Shown here piece by piece: positions 1-13,110 of a stretch of DNA of 64,000 nucleotides. The first letter of the stretch is position 1; each line of letters begins with the position of its first letter. The stretch comes from Leucoraja ocellata (taxonomy: Eukaryota). The notes beneath the pieces were generated by a model. That model saw only the letters and a program-made list of their open reading frames with translations, was not told the origin of the DNA and did no database searches. The position numbers were made by a program, and so were the translations under genes. The stretch covers positions 434,001-498,000 of the forward strand of contig JAWMAR010000079.1 in assembly GCA_036785375.1 (NCBI GenBank), written 5' to 3'.

Positions 1-394
1 GTTTCAGTAGTAACCAACTAACCAGGTTGTACAAGGCAGGGAGCTTGTCAAATGTGTATATAATATCTTCATAATTATGTTAACAAGAACATTATTGTAC
101 TTGACAGTGGAGAAACTCTTTAAAACTAACAGGATTATCTTGAACTTAAGAGTTGATTCAACATATGCTATCGCATGAAACATCCAAGTGCCTCACTAGA
201 AAGAAAAGTGCAATAGTGCGGGTAGGATGGGATGCAGAATGATTCAAGGTATCATCTTTCAAATGAGATCTTAAACTGTTCCCCAGGCCATCCTCCTTCT
301 CAGTTGCAGACAATAGATTCCAAGGCACTATTTGCAGCATGTTCCCCCAGTGGCAAAGTGGACATTTGATGCCATTGTTGAACTTCCCCAATAT

Positions 395-530
395 ATAGAT
401 GGATAGGACCGGTTTGGAGGGATATGGACCCAATGCGGGCAGATGGAATTAGTGTAGCTGGGACATGTTGCTGGTGTGGGCAAGTTGGGCTGAAAGGCCT
501 GTTTTTACACTGTATCACTCTATGACTCTA
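395..530 (+). mobile_element. CR1/HER1-like LINE 3' tail fragment
   Basis: ggataggaccggtttggagggatatggacc...gggctgaaaggcctgttt...ctctatgactctat; same tail at 8290-8415. Confidence 0.7.
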
Positions 531-1294
531 TTAGGAACTAACACTTGTCACTGAGCTAAAGAAAATAAAGTTTGATATACATCTGAGTGATATGCCTGTA
601 GGTACTACCCTGATGACAAGGTCTGTCATGACAAAAGGGGCTTCTATCTATAATGCGGGGAAAGATTGACAGCGGGCTAAACCATGCCACCTTCATTAGC
701 TTGATTGTCAAAACAGTTGACCTCTTCAAAATATTCCCAAACTTTTCAGAAACATCTCAAATTTTAGCAAAACAAAGGAAAAAGTCAGAAGTAAAGATTC
801 TAAAATGCTTACATTTCTTAACATTATAAAAACAAAAAAAATGAAATGTTAAAGATTTAAAAAATGTTAAGATTATATGGTTTTACGTAAATAACATATG
901 TATGTCTTTGTATAATATCACTTGTCCAAGGCTTTTCCATTCAAGCCACTGGGTTTCCTGGTAATATTTCCTGTTTTCAGGGAAGCTAGTCTGTTTCTTT
1001 GTGGTCTTCATATGGAGCCTATAGTTGGAGCTGGGGGCTTTCCAGTGCCAAATTGCTTGATGGGGCACTAGTTCTTCTATTCACACATGTACAGAAGCCT
1101 TGAGCTGGAATGCTGGAGTCCTTGCTGTAAACTTCCTAGAAAATCCAAGCCCTAAATACAAAATTAAAATATTCCAAGTGCTGGGAATCTGAAATGAAGA
1201 GCTGCGTTCCAGACTGCAGTGAATAACTATCCTCATGCCTTGATAGCATTGGGTTTATCTTTGCAAAATATAAATTGTTCCCTCTGTCTCATAG

Positions 1295-1399
1295 AACTGC
1301 TCGGCTACACGAGGGAACCATTACTCAAAACACGGCCCGTTACCAAAATCCATTGATTGGAGACAGAAAGGAAAATTTGTCACGCCCGTAAAAAACCAG
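1295..1399 (+). CDS. CTSH: Cathepsin H coding exon (end of propeptide mini-chain, start of mature chain); upstream exons lie outside the window
   Basis: ag|...|gt boundaries. Translates [40 protein letters not shown] matches the cathepsin H mini-chain; DWR and PVKNQ are papain-family motifs. Confidence 0.95.
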
Positions 1400-1726
1400 G
1401 TAAAGACAAATGATTCACTCAATCAGGTAACAAAAAAACATAGTCAGTGGATGCTGGAAACCTGAAATAGAAACAAAATGCTGAAAGTATTAATCTGGTT
1501 ATACTGCATATATCGGGGAGAAACAGATATAACACATCTTTTTAATCAATTGCAGATAAGGATAAAGTACACAGTGTCTGTCAGCATTGTGTTGTTAGCT
1601 AATGACTTGGTGCTGAAGTGGATCCTAAAGCAAGATGCACATAAAGTAGTCTGATTTTACAGCCATGTCTCGTTACTCAGCAAAACATCTGTACAGCCAA
1701 CAGATGGCCAAAACTGGAGAAAAGCA

Positions 1727-2387
1727 GCAGTGAAGAAAGCGAATGGCATGTTGGCCTTTATAACAAGAGGAATCGAATATAGGAGCAAAGAGGTCCTTCT
1801 ACAGTTGTACAGAGCCCTATTCAGACCACACCTGGAGTTTTGTGTACAGTTTTGGTCCCCTAATTTGAGGAAGGACCTTCTTGCTATTGATGGAGTGCAG
1901 CGTAGGTTTACAAGGTTAATTCCCGGGATGGCGGGGCTGTCATATGCTGAGAGAATGGAGCAGCTGGGCTTGTACACTCTGGAGTTTAGAAGGATGAGAG
2001 GATATCTCATTGAAACATATAAGATTGTTAAGGGCTTGGACACGCTAGAGGCAGGAAACATGTTCCCGATGTTGGGGGAGACCAGAACCAGGGGCCACAG
2101 TTTAAGAATAAGGAGTAAGCCATTTAGAACGGAGACGAGGAAACACTTTTTCTCACAGGGAGTGGTGAGTCTGTGGAATTATCTGCCTCAGAGGACGGTG
2201 GAGGCAGGTTCTCTGGATGCTTTCAAGAGAGAGCTAGATAGGGCTCTTAAAAATAGCGGAGTGAGAGGATATGGGGAGAAGGCAGGAACGGGGTACTGAT
2301 TGCAGATGATCAGCCATGATCACATTGAATGGTGGTGCTGGCCCGAAGGGCCGAATGGCCTACTCCTGCACCTATTATCTATTGTCT
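1727..2387 (+). mobile_element. Young 5'-truncated CR1-type LINE
   Basis: ORF2 C-terminus intact (RPHLEFCVQFWSP, TRGHSLRI, VVSLWNYLP); 3' hairpin and ctattgt-type tail; TSD AAAAGCA at 1720-1726 and 2388-2394. Confidence 0.92.
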
Positions 2388-3002
2388 AAAAGCATACTAT
2401 TATTACAACTGTAATACTTAGAAGATGAAAGCAGAATACAAAATTATGGTTATAACATACACTTTTGTGCATTTAGAACGGGTAATGGTGATAGAAAAAG
2501 TTCCCAACTACCTTTTTTTAACCAGGAGAGACATCAATTATGTGGCTTTAACGTAATGTCATTCGACCCTCTCCAGCCTGCATGCCCAACTTGGGATTGA
2601 TCATAAACAATGGGGAAACTATTGTCCTAAACTCATATTGGTTCCTTGAGCTAGAGTTTCAGGCAGTATTTACTCTCAACATACAGACTAAGATGGTGGT
2701 CAGGGCAGTGTCTACAGTCCTTGTCAGAAACTGATCCACCTTCTCCTTGAACGCAGTGAGTCAACAACTACAGTAGCAGGTAGCAACACATTTCTCTCAG
2801 GAAAACAACTGGCCATCATCGCAGTACACTTACACCAATGGAGTTTAAGCTCGGTTTCTTTCTTCTTCATTTGTTAAATTGAAGTAATCTATAATTATTT
2901 CATACAACTATGGCAGTGTGCCTTTAATTTGCATTTAACCAGTCCCTATAAAATAAGAAAGTTTCCTAAACCGCTTCACACAAGTGTTATTAAAATATAT
3001 TA

Positions 3003-3096
3003 CAGAAGAAGGGTTTCGGCCCGAAAAGTCGCCTATTTCCTTCGCTCCATAGATGCTGCTGCACCCGCTGAGTTTCTCCAGCATTTTTGTGTACCT
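3003..3096 (+). mobile_element. Penelope-derived short element (subfamily A) with degenerate hammerhead-like motif
   Basis: gaagaagggtttcggcccgaaaagtc...ctgagtttctccagcatttttgtgtacc, near-identical to 17856-17985 and 46186-46313. Confidence 0.7.
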
Positions 3097-3201
3097 TTTA
3101 TTAAAGTATAATTCTCATTTAACGATACATTAAGGCAAATTGGTAAGAGAGGTAGATTTTTAAAGATCAAAGAGGTAGAGAGGGAGATTGCCTTAGGTTT
3201 A

Positions 3202-3542
3202 AGGGCCTGTCCCACTTTCCCGAGTTACTCACGAATTCTCCCAAGTTTTCAAACTCGCAGAATGTTCGTAACGAGTCCGTAGAAGGCCGTAGGAGTCCGT
3301 GGATATATCATAGCGGCTCGTTATGCCAGCCACAGGTACTCGGGGCATCAGGTAAGTCGGGACGTTTTTTCAGCATGATGAAAAATGTCTACGAGTAAAA
3401 AGAAATAGCCCCGAGTACCTACGGCTGGCATAACGAGCCGCTACGATATATCCACAGACTCCTACGGACTCGTTACGAACATTCTGTGAGTTTGAAAACT
3501 CGGGAGAATTCGTGAAAAACTCGGGAAAGTGGCACAGGCCCT
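3202..3542. mobile_element. Foldback MITE, PIF/Harbinger-like
   Basis: About 140-bp imperfect inverted arms starting AGGGCCTGTCCCACT; TTA on both flanks (3199-3201, 3543-3545). Confidence 0.85.
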
Positions 3543-3679
3543 TTAGGGTGTTAGCCCTCTAAGTAAGGTCTAAGTGGGATAGTAGGAGCAACTCCACTGA
3601 CAGCAAAAGTACGTTTGGCTTCCAATCATGTCTATTTTCTGGTTTGAGTAACGTTAATTACAGATTGTAATCTCCACAG

Positions 3680-3766
3680 GGTGGGTGTGGAAGCTGTTGG
3701 ACCTTTTCTACTACGGGATGTTTGGAATCTGCAGTTGCAATACATTCAGGAAAACTTTTTTCACTG
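3680..3766 (+). CDS. CTSH: Cathepsin H exon with catalytic Cys
   Basis: [29 protein letters not shown]; cag| acceptor, |gtaag donor. Confidence 0.97.
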
Positions 3767-3857
3767 GTAAGTGTTGTTCCCAAACTTTGTTTATCTGAGT
3801 TATTGAACAACTTTCCAAAAATTGCATGAGGCTAACATATTTTCAAACTTCTTGTAG

Positions 3858-3913
3858 GCAGAACAGCAACTTGTAGACTGTGCTCAGAACTTTAACAATC
3901 ATGGATGCTCTGG
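3858..3913 (+). CDS. CTSH: Cathepsin H exon
   Basis: AEQQLVDCAQNFNNHGCSG; tag| and |gtgagt. Confidence 0.97.
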
Positions 3914-4274
3914 GTGAGTGAATGTGCAATGTGTTATACATTTTCAAATTGGACTGTTCGAATGTGGAACTAAGAAATTATTATCTGGTTCTTTTTATAA
4001 GGACCTATCATCCTTACCACAAAGCCTTTCTAAGGAAGAATTTATCTTCACACAATCTTTATTCCATATCTCTCACTTCTCAGAGCATTGGGAGAAATCT
4101 CTCTCCTGGTTCTGAAGAATTCAAGTACTCTGCATGGAATCAAAATTGGAAAAGTCTATCCAAAAGTAAAGTACTTTATGATTAAAATGCTTTTGATCTA
4201 AAATAGGGACTTGATTTGTAAAGAACTCCATGCCTATTTCATATTTTACACTATTGTTTTCAATATTTCGCCAG

Positions 4275-4356
4275 GGGACTACCAAGTCAAGCCTTTGAAT
4301 ACATTAAGTACAACAATGGGTTGGAAACTGAAAAGGATTATCCGTATGAAGGAAAG
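4275..4356 (+). CDS. CTSH: Cathepsin H exon
   Basis: GLPSQAFEYIKYNNGLETEKDYPYEGK; phase matches the previous exon. Confidence 0.97.
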
Positions 4357-4836
4357 GTGAGATTTTACATTTGTAACTACACAGTTAAATAGAATTGATG
4401 TCCTTGTTCAATCACTTAACTTTTGCAAATGGACAAATAAATTGCTGGACAAGTTTTATAAAATGGCATCAAAATATACCTGTAAACTAAATTGGAGGAT
4501 AGTAAAACCCATGAAAACTCGAAGTGAAAATAATGTGAATGTTGAAATTTAAGCATGTAATTATAATTAGTTGACTGATGCTCTTCAGCATGTGCACTTT
4601 TATGATATCAACAAGCAAGTCTCGTGTAACTATTTCCTTCTGGACTTGTCACAGAATGATTATTATTGTTTTTCCAATAAATCAGACAGTGGCAGTGCAA
4701 GGGAGGGGAGAGGCCCATGTTAGACCCATATTTAATCTTGGCTAGTGCTCACTTGGCTGATCTTGGTCAGGGTCTTTAAAAAAAAATCAGTTTAGTTTAC
4801 TGCGAGAGCTCAAATAAGTTAAAGAAGATTTCACTC

Positions 4837-4912
4837 CATATAACCATATAACCATATAACAATTACAGCACGGAAACAGGCCATCTCGGCCCTACAAGTC
4901 CGTGCCGAACAA
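4837..4912 (-). mobile_element. CR1-type LINE extreme 3' end with 8-mer tail
   Basis: (CCATATAA)3 followed by cagcacggaaacaggcc. Confidence 0.65.
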
Positions 4913-5644
4913 CTTTAACACCCCCTCCACCGTCTAAGCACCAAAGGATGCAGGCCTCAATTGGGAAGGCCAGCATTCATGCCCATCAATAAACGCTCAT
5001 GAATGATTGGCTTGCTTGGCCCTTTCAGAGAACAGTTAAGATTCAATTGCTTGTGGGTCTCAAGACACAAATATCAGACTGGGTTAATATGATGCACTAT
5101 CTTCTGTATTGAAATAGATGTGTTATTGTAACAACCAATAGTACAGGACATGGGAACGTACATGCTTTATAGTGCAAGCTGGTCACAGAAACTAATGCTG
5201 AATTACAGATGTAGTTAATTGATTTGACATTGATTCTAATACAATACTCCAAATGTGGATGAACCAGTCCTGTAAAGCTACATTAGGACTCTCTGACTCT
5301 TGTACTCAACGCCCTGACCTATGGAAGCATATTCCTTATTTGCCACTTTCAAGGAGCTATAAACTTGGACACCAAGATTCCTCCACATCAATGCTGTTAT
5401 AGTCAAACCACAAATGTATATTTTCCCCTTAATATTGACTTCACAAAGTGGAACTTGGGCTTGCATTTTAATAGTTTGCTTACCTCGTATAACTATTAAT
5501 TCCTTGTCTTAATAATTAGCGTATATTTATTTATTTGTTTGTTTTGTTATTGCATTAACGTGTCTGTAAAGCTACAGCAAATAAGAATAGCATTGTTCTG
5601 TTCCCAGTGTATATGATAATTAAACACACTCTTTACTTATCTTG

Positions 5645-6780
5645 AGACTGGATAGGCTGGCCTTGTTTTCCCCAGAGCAAAGGCAACCGAGGGACACTAA
5701 GAAAAGACATAGGTTTAAGTTGAGAGGAAGGAATTCTCAATGAGATTTGAGGGAAAAGTTTATTTTTGCAGAGTATGGTTGAAAGAATGCCAGCCGTCAA
5801 CACACCTCAGACTACGTATAAATCCCACGCACATAATTACAGGCAGATAAAATTTAAAAGTAACTGGTTATAGTTATAACATAGTTAAGCTAAATGGCTA
5901 CTACATCTGGAACATTGCCAGAGAAGGTGTGGAATTGAATACAATCATTACTTTGAGATACTTAGACTCTTCCACAAGCAAGGATATGGTCTAAATAGGG
6001 GCACATGGGATGTGGAAGATGGGCAAGAAGGTCGACTGGCTTGGATGAAGAGCAAAAGGAACTGTTTCCTTGCTGTAAAACTACGACTCACAAAAGGCAT
6101 AGAATCAGGGCACTCAGTCACAACAAAACTAAGCAGAATCAGCATGGTTTTAAAGATCAGAACTTGTGCTTCACTAACCTATTAGAGCTTCTAAAATATA
6201 ACCAGCATTTAGAAGACAGGAACGAGCCAGAGGGCATGTAATTTTGGATTTGCAGTAGGCCTTTGATCAGATGTCATGCAGTGGACTATTCAACTAGATT
6301 AAAATTTGAGGTTGTGTATATATGTTGAAAACAGCATGAATTTGGATTCAGCACACTGACAGACTACAGGGTAAGAATACACAGTTCATCCTTGGGGTAG
6401 CATGGATACATGCCACGAGGGCATGGTTGGGTCTATTTTTATAATTTACTTTAACTTCAATGAGAGGACAATGTAGTATATTCATGATACATTATTGATC
6501 ATAAAATACTAGGTAAGATTAGGAGGAGTCTACAAAGATGCATTTTGAGTGGGCAAAATTATAGCAGGTGGAGAATAAGGTGGTGAAGTGTGAAATTATC
6601 TGCTGGTAGGGTTTTTTTTGAAGTGTGAGACAGAGAAATGCAACTTGGAGAGATGTCTGTGCTCTTGTGTATAAAGCATAGACGAGTAACAACTGGATTC
6701 AGCAAAAGAGTGAACTGGTATGTAGTGGGTTTGGATGTTACCATAAGGAAGGCTGGTTGCAGCTATACAGGGTTTTGTTA
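5645..6780 (+). mobile_element. Decayed CR1/L2-type LINE fragments
   Basis: Degraded RT-like (cagcatggttt...tcactaacctattagag; gatttgcagtaggcctttgat) and 3'-end motifs; no intact ORF. Confidence 0.55.
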
Positions 6781-6812
6781 AACCAAGAGATCACAGGTGC
6801 TGGAATCCAGTA

Positions 6813-7120
6813 CAAGAAGGATCTCGACCCAAAACATTACCCATTTCTTCTCCCCGGAGATGCTGCCTGTCCACTTGAGTTATGCCAGCATTTTGTGTCT
6901 ATCTTCAGTTTAAACCATGATCTGCAGTTCCATCCTACACGAAAAACAAACTGCTGGAAGAAGAAAGCAGGTCAGGATGTGGAGGCAGAGATGGGTCAAC
7001 ATTTCAGGTTGAGATCCTGCATCAGTACAAGATGCTAGGTCTTGACCCAAATCATCAACCATCCCTTTCGCCGCTGATATTGCCTGGCCCTCTGCCTTCC
7101 TCCAGCATTTTATTTATTGC
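6813..7120. mobile_element. Two decayed Penelope-derived short elements, the second palindromic
   Basis: gaaggatctcgacccaaaac...gatctgcagttccatcctacac followed by an older inverted pair. Confidence 0.55.
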
Positions 7121-7372
7121 TAGGCCCAACCCTGGAGTACTTTGTACTGCTTTAATCTCTCCACTTTAGGATGCAAGTTTTTGAAGGGGTGCAATGGAGA
7201 TTAACCAATCTCACAAAGTAATAAAGTTTAATACATTCATCTTCAAAATGTTGAGAGTAAAACTCAGACCCAAAATCTTAGAGTCTGTCCAATTTAAGCC
7301 GAGTGAAAAAGCAACCAAACTGCAGTTAATAATCCTATTATTATCTTCTTTCACCACTCATGTTTCTACCAG

Positions 7373-7441
7373 AATGGATCTTGCAGGTTCCAGCCAAGCA
7401 AAGCAGTTGCATTTGTCAAAGATGTGGTGAACATTACAGAG
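7373..7441 (+). CDS. CTSH: Cathepsin H exon
   Basis: NGSCRFQPSKAVAFVKDVVNITE; cag| and |gtagg. Confidence 0.95.
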
Positions 7442-7769
7442 GTAGGTTGCTAATCTTCCTGGACTACAACATTCACTCACTCCTTTCTAAACACAACTGA
7501 ATTAAATTGGACCAGAACTCAATGCTCAAATTAATTTCAAGCAAGAAGGACGGAATGACCTTGTATTTTTTCCATTGATCAAAAGGGAGCCATGGTAGCT
7601 TCGGAAGGGATGGACCATGCTTGATTATAGTTATGGACAGGGAAATGATTATAGATGTCCTCACAGATTTCTACAAGCCATTTGATAGTTTCTCTTAATG
7701 TTATTAATTTATAGGATGTGGGCAGTGCTGGTAAGAGCAGCATTTATTTCCCACACAACTACTTGAGAA

Positions 7770-8415
7770 TGTGATCTACATCAATGCTTTGGATGAGAAC
7801 AAGATTCGCAAGGTCATCAGAGAGTATTGAATATAGCAGTTGGAAGGTCATGTTGCAGTTGTATAAGACATTGGTGACACTGCATTTAGAATAATGTGTT
7901 CAGTTACCATGTTATAGGAAAGATATTGTCAAGGTTGAAAGGGTTCAGAAAAGATTTACGAGGATGGTGCCAGGACTAGAGGGTGTGGGCTGTAGGGAGA
8001 GGCTGAGTAGGCTGGGTCTCTATTCCATGGAGTGCAGGAGGATGAGGGGGAGGGATCTTATAGAGGTATACAAAATCATGAGAGGAATAGATGGGGTAGA
8101 TGCACAGTCTTTTGCCCAGAGTAGGGGAATCGAGGACCAGAGGACATGGGTTCAAGGTGAAGAGGAAAAGATTTAATAGGAATCCAAGGGGTAACTTCTT
8201 CACACGAAGATGGTGGGTGTATGGAACAAGCTGCCAGAGGAGATAGCTGAGGCTGGGACTATCCCATTGTTTAAGAAATAGTTGGACATGGATAGGACAG
8301 GTTTGAAGGGATATGGACCAAGCGCAGGCAAGTAGGACTAGTGTGGCTGGGACATTGTTGGCCGGTGTGGGCAAGTTGGGCCAGAGGGCCTGTTTCCACA
8401 CTGTATCACTCTATG
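7770..8415 (+). mobile_element. CR1/HER1-like LINE 3' fragment (frameshifted)
   Basis: RLGLYSMECRRMRG/DLIEVYKIMRGID and typical tail. Confidence 0.85.
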
Positions 8416-9138
8416 GTGGTCACTACTCTTGTCCTTCTGCAGAGGGCTCGGGATAAGATGCACAGGCAGTTCTTGCAACAATTTCAAACAAGATTGACAA
8501 AACCATCTCTAAACAGCATGTGAAACGCGGCACATTGATGTAATGTTAAAAGTTACAAATACAGTATTTGATTGTTCGAGGTGTAGCTGACATAATATGT
8601 GACAGTTCAAAAGAACATAGAAATAGAAGTAACTTTCTAATTCAGCCCTTTTTCCTGCTCTGAAATGTTTTATGGATTTATGTATACAAAATTAGTACAC
8701 AATTAATTAAAAATAATAAAGACCCTGGATATAAAGATTAAGGGGAACAGTTACGCTTCAGTTATACTCAAACACCTCTGGCCTGGTCAAATTAGTATGC
8801 ATTGGTCTTGAGAAAAGTAGAGTTGTTTTACCAGAATGAGAATCTCAGGAAATTAAGAATCAAGCTTTTTAGTAGTTAATAAACAAATACACACAAAAGG
8901 AATAATAAGTTTGAGAACAAATGTAAATTGATGCTCAATTATTAATTTGAAACATGGCCATAATAGCTTATTGGTGATCAAAACTACCAAAGAATATGCC
9001 ATTATTTAACAGAAATATTATGGTTCATTAGACCAAACAGACCCAACAGGTTGAAAGCCTTAATTGCAATTCCATGTCTAGTGTGTTATTGCAGTACTTG
9101 TGGAGGTACATCAGTCTAACAACTTGTTTGTTTTACAG

Positions 9139-9245
9139 TATGATGAAAATGGCATGGTGGATGCTGTGGGAAGATTGAATCCTGTCAGTTTGGCATTTCA
9201 AGTGACTGATGATTTTTTAAGTTACACAAGTGGTATTTATTCCAA
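9139..9245 (+). CDS. CTSH: Cathepsin H exon
   Basis: [35 protein letters not shown]; cag| and |gtaag. Confidence 0.96.
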
Positions 9246-11041
9246 GTAAGTCACTTGAAGCCATAAGTACACAGTTCAGTTTCAAACAGCTCGAGTGTCA
9301 CAAAAGATGTTTTGCTTATCAGCATAAATGGAAAGTCTGAACTGCCTTAACGTCCAAGTGTAAATGCTGGGAGATCTGCAGGGAACTCGGCATCTCCCGG
9401 GAAGTTAATGCATTTTTCTAATGAAGTTGGTGGAAGTAAAATTATTAGAGGCAAGTACTCCCCTCCACTGGATCCAGTATAACTGCATGCTAGTTCCTCT
9501 CTTGTTAGGTTGCAAACCGTAGTGTCTCCAGTGATCCAGGGCCACTGATGAGTTTTGTGTTCACAGCAAGTTCATGTCACATTTAACTAATCAATAGGCA
9601 TTGTGGGTAAAATCTCTCAGTAATTATTAAATACCTTAGAGTCACGGTCATCCCTCAAGTTTCCCATCCCCACCTCTTAAACCCCAATATTATGATCAAG
9701 CCAATCCCTCCAACCTACCCCTTCATCCACACTAAAACTTTATGGCCTTGTGTATGTCAGGTGCACTCCTGACCATGTATTTAATAATGTAGAATTTTGG
9801 GCTCATTTTATTATAACTGGAAGGCTTCCATTTATTAACAAATATTTGATTACCAAAATACACCAACTATACCAAATAACACCAACAGAGGGCATAGGCT
9901 TAAGGCGATTTGGGAAATATTTAAGTGATCTGAGACTAACAGTTTCTTCACACAGACCTCAGTGCATATATAGAGTGAGCTGCCAAAAGGTGTTATTGAA
10001 TCGGGTATGCTGGCCATATTTAAAAAAACATTTAGTCAGGCACATGGATGGAAAGGTTTAGAGGCTTAGGGGCCAAAGTCAGGCAAATGGGACCATCTCA
10101 GCTGTAAACCCTGATTGGCGTGGACATGTTTGGCAAAGGGCTTGTTTCTTTACTGTATCACTATATTTATGTAACTTCTGTTTAAGTGCTGCTGAACTGA
10201 TGGCCTCCGTCTTGTAGTGGAGAACTCCATATTCTCATCATCCCCTGTGTATGGAACTTTCTCCTGAATTACTTAATTCGATGTATTAATGACTTTCTTA
10301 AATTTACAGTTACTAGTCTCCGGCTTCTCCACAATGGAAATATCTTCTCCACGGCTACTCTGTCAAACTTTTATTTAAACTTTAAGATCTCCATAAAGTT
10401 ATCCTTTAACCTTCTGTTTTTGAAGGGTGGGTCTGGAATCCCAAGACAGAGGATTTTGAGGGAATACAAACATCCATGTATTTGGAATAATAAATTAAAT
10501 GAATTTGTCTCACTCCTGGTCTCAAACATTTTCACGTCCTCTAAAGCATGCAGTTGAGTTGATGTCTCGTAATCCAGTGCATAGTCCTCTCATTCTTCAA
10601 GTGAAAAGATTCAACTTAGCAAAAATCCTCTGGTGTTCACTTCTGGGTTATTTGATGTTTTAGATACTTTTAGTAGGTTTGCCTTTCTAAAGAACTTATT
10701 AAAAATATATATATTTAGCTGACCTCGTGTTTCGCATACAAGGACTGAGGGTATAAGAGATGTTTGAACTGAACCAGGGCACCAAAATTCTGTGCCAGAT
10801 CCCAGCGTGAATTACTGAATTTATAATGAAGAATCCCCATCTAAACCTGTTATCCTGCAATGAAATCTTCTGTCACTGGTGATGTTGTAATTAGCATGTT
10901 AAGTTTCCGGGGACAATTCCCATTGTAACTTTTGACAAAGGAATTTATACTACAATGGGAAATGTTAACCTATGCAGAAATATATGAATTTTATTTTTTC
11001 AAGTTATTGAAACTTATGGTATTTAAACAATTCTTTGACAG

Positions 11042-11167
11042 CAAAAACTGCGATTCGACTCCAGACAAAGTGAATCATGCTGTGTTAGCTGTGGGCTATG
11101 GAGTATCTAATGGGACCAAATACTGGATTGTGAAGAACTCGTGGGGACCCAAGTGGGGAATCAATGG
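11042..11167 (+). CDS. CTSH: Cathepsin H exon with catalytic His and Asn
   Basis: [42 protein letters not shown]; the donor is the weak GG|gtctgt. Confidence 0.95.
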
Positions 11168-12807
11168 GTCTGTAAATTTCTTCAATGTCTTAACAAATAG
11201 TTTTTTTGTCAAATAACTGCATACTTGAATCAATGAGATTATGATTAACTGGCAGTAACATATACCAGTAACACTGTTTAATAGCTGAGCAATGAATATG
11301 GAAGATTACTGGCCTGCAATTTGATTCACTTCATGTTGCTTTTTCAATTCCTGGTCCCATATGTTGATCAGTTTGTACGAAGGTTCAAAGGTAATTTTGT
11401 TGAATGCTCTAAACCCCTCAAAATATCATTTAATAAGATCATGAGTGGTCTTCTTCTGCCAAATCCCCAATTTAAAAATATATATATATTTAGCCTTCAA
11501 AAATGTAAGTTCGTACCAGTGCTCATTTTTGCACGTGTATTTTAGCAGTGATCTGCACTGATAAGATAAACTAAATCTAGGACGAGAGGCCATTAGGTTC
11601 AAGTGCAAGCCTTGCTTAGACAGGGGGGGGGCATGAGATGAGGGCAGAAAAATATTGGTGTTTGAAGTCTGAGCACTGGAGTCAAATAAACTAACTCAAC
11701 ACTGACTGTAAAGGGGAATATGGAAAAATGAGGTTGAAAAACATGCCTTTGAAGGACACGGATTCATTCAAGGAATGTGCCCTAGCTCAGTTAAACTGAA
11801 GTCAAGGTGCACAAGATCAGATGGACAGAGAGAGAGGAAAGCAGATGGCTGTAAGACAAAGATCAAAATTGTGTATCCATGAAAGACAAGATTCTTCCCA
11901 ACAGAATGGTGCAGCACAGGAGATCATTCAGCACATCATGGTTTTGTTGGTTCTTTGAAAGGCCTCCATTAATGTAGCTCTTCACCACAGTGCCATGATT
12001 CCCGGCCCTTTTCAACTATTCATTTGGTTAATTACCCTTAGATTTGTCTACTACTACTAGGTGTATCCTACCTGCTACCACCCCCACTTGCACGCACGCA
12101 CAACTCTTGTATGTCAGTTGTTAAATCTGTGTTCTCTAGTTAGCCATCCTTCTGTCTGCTAACACCCTTTACAACTACTCTGAAGTGTCCACGATCCAAA
12201 TAAATATTTTATTTGTCAATCATCATTATGAAGAGAGTACTGTGGAAACTGTAACATCGCTCTGTGTAATAGTTCAGTCAAGCAGGATTTCTTGTGCTTA
12301 TCCATGAGAAATGATGGATACTGAGTGTGATAAATTGCACACCTACATCTGGTGATGTCCCTCGGACCACAGCAGTCATCTGGAATCCATGGGAATCCCT
12401 GGATAAACAAAGAAGATGTGGGATGTTCTACAAAGTTTAGCCTGGGGCCATGACAGTGATATGCCAAATTAAAGTAAAACAAAATCAAAAGGTAACAAAT
12501 TAGATTGTATCCAGTGACCACTGTGTCCTGTGGTTTTAGCAGTGTCCACTGTTGCAAAAGTGCAAGGCCTTGACTATATGAAAGTGGTCAAAAATCACAG
12601 ACAGAAGATTCCTCCAACATATCTGCATCTGTTTCCTGATACCTAGTTCAGACAATAAATATGTTCCCTGTCCCTTCATTGAGAAGATTCCCAACTCTGT
12701 ATTCTCCCTACTAGAGCAGACTTTCAGAGACCAGGAGTGCGTGATGACTAAAGATTGGATTTGAGCTGCAGGTCTGTGAGATTTTGAAATGGGAGTTGTA
12801 CCTTGAT

Positions 12808-13110
12808 TGAAAGATACAGCATGGAAACAGGCCATTCAGACCATGGAAACATACCAAGTCCACACCGACCTGTTCACACTAATTCTACATTACCATACCT
12901 TCCTTCCACTCCCTACATACTAGGGGCAATTTTACAGAAACCAATTAACCTGCAAACTTGCTTGAGTTTGGGACATGGGAGGAAACCGGAGCACGTGTGG
13001 GGAAACGCACACGGTCAGAACGTGCAAACTCCAAGCACTCAAAATCAGGGTCGAATTTGTGTCTCTGATATTCTGAGGCAGCAGTTTACCAGCAATGTCA
13101 TTGTGTTGCA
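12808..13110 (-). mobile_element. tRNA-derived V-SINE (HE1-like)
   Basis: V-domain (ggaggaaaccggagcac, aattaacc) and LINE-type tail shared with 16455-16745 and 20343-20660. Confidence 0.75.

Noticed and set aside
1730-2299. 189-aa ORF as a host gene
   Set aside because: It is the C-terminus of a truncated CR1 ORF2 bounded by a TSD.
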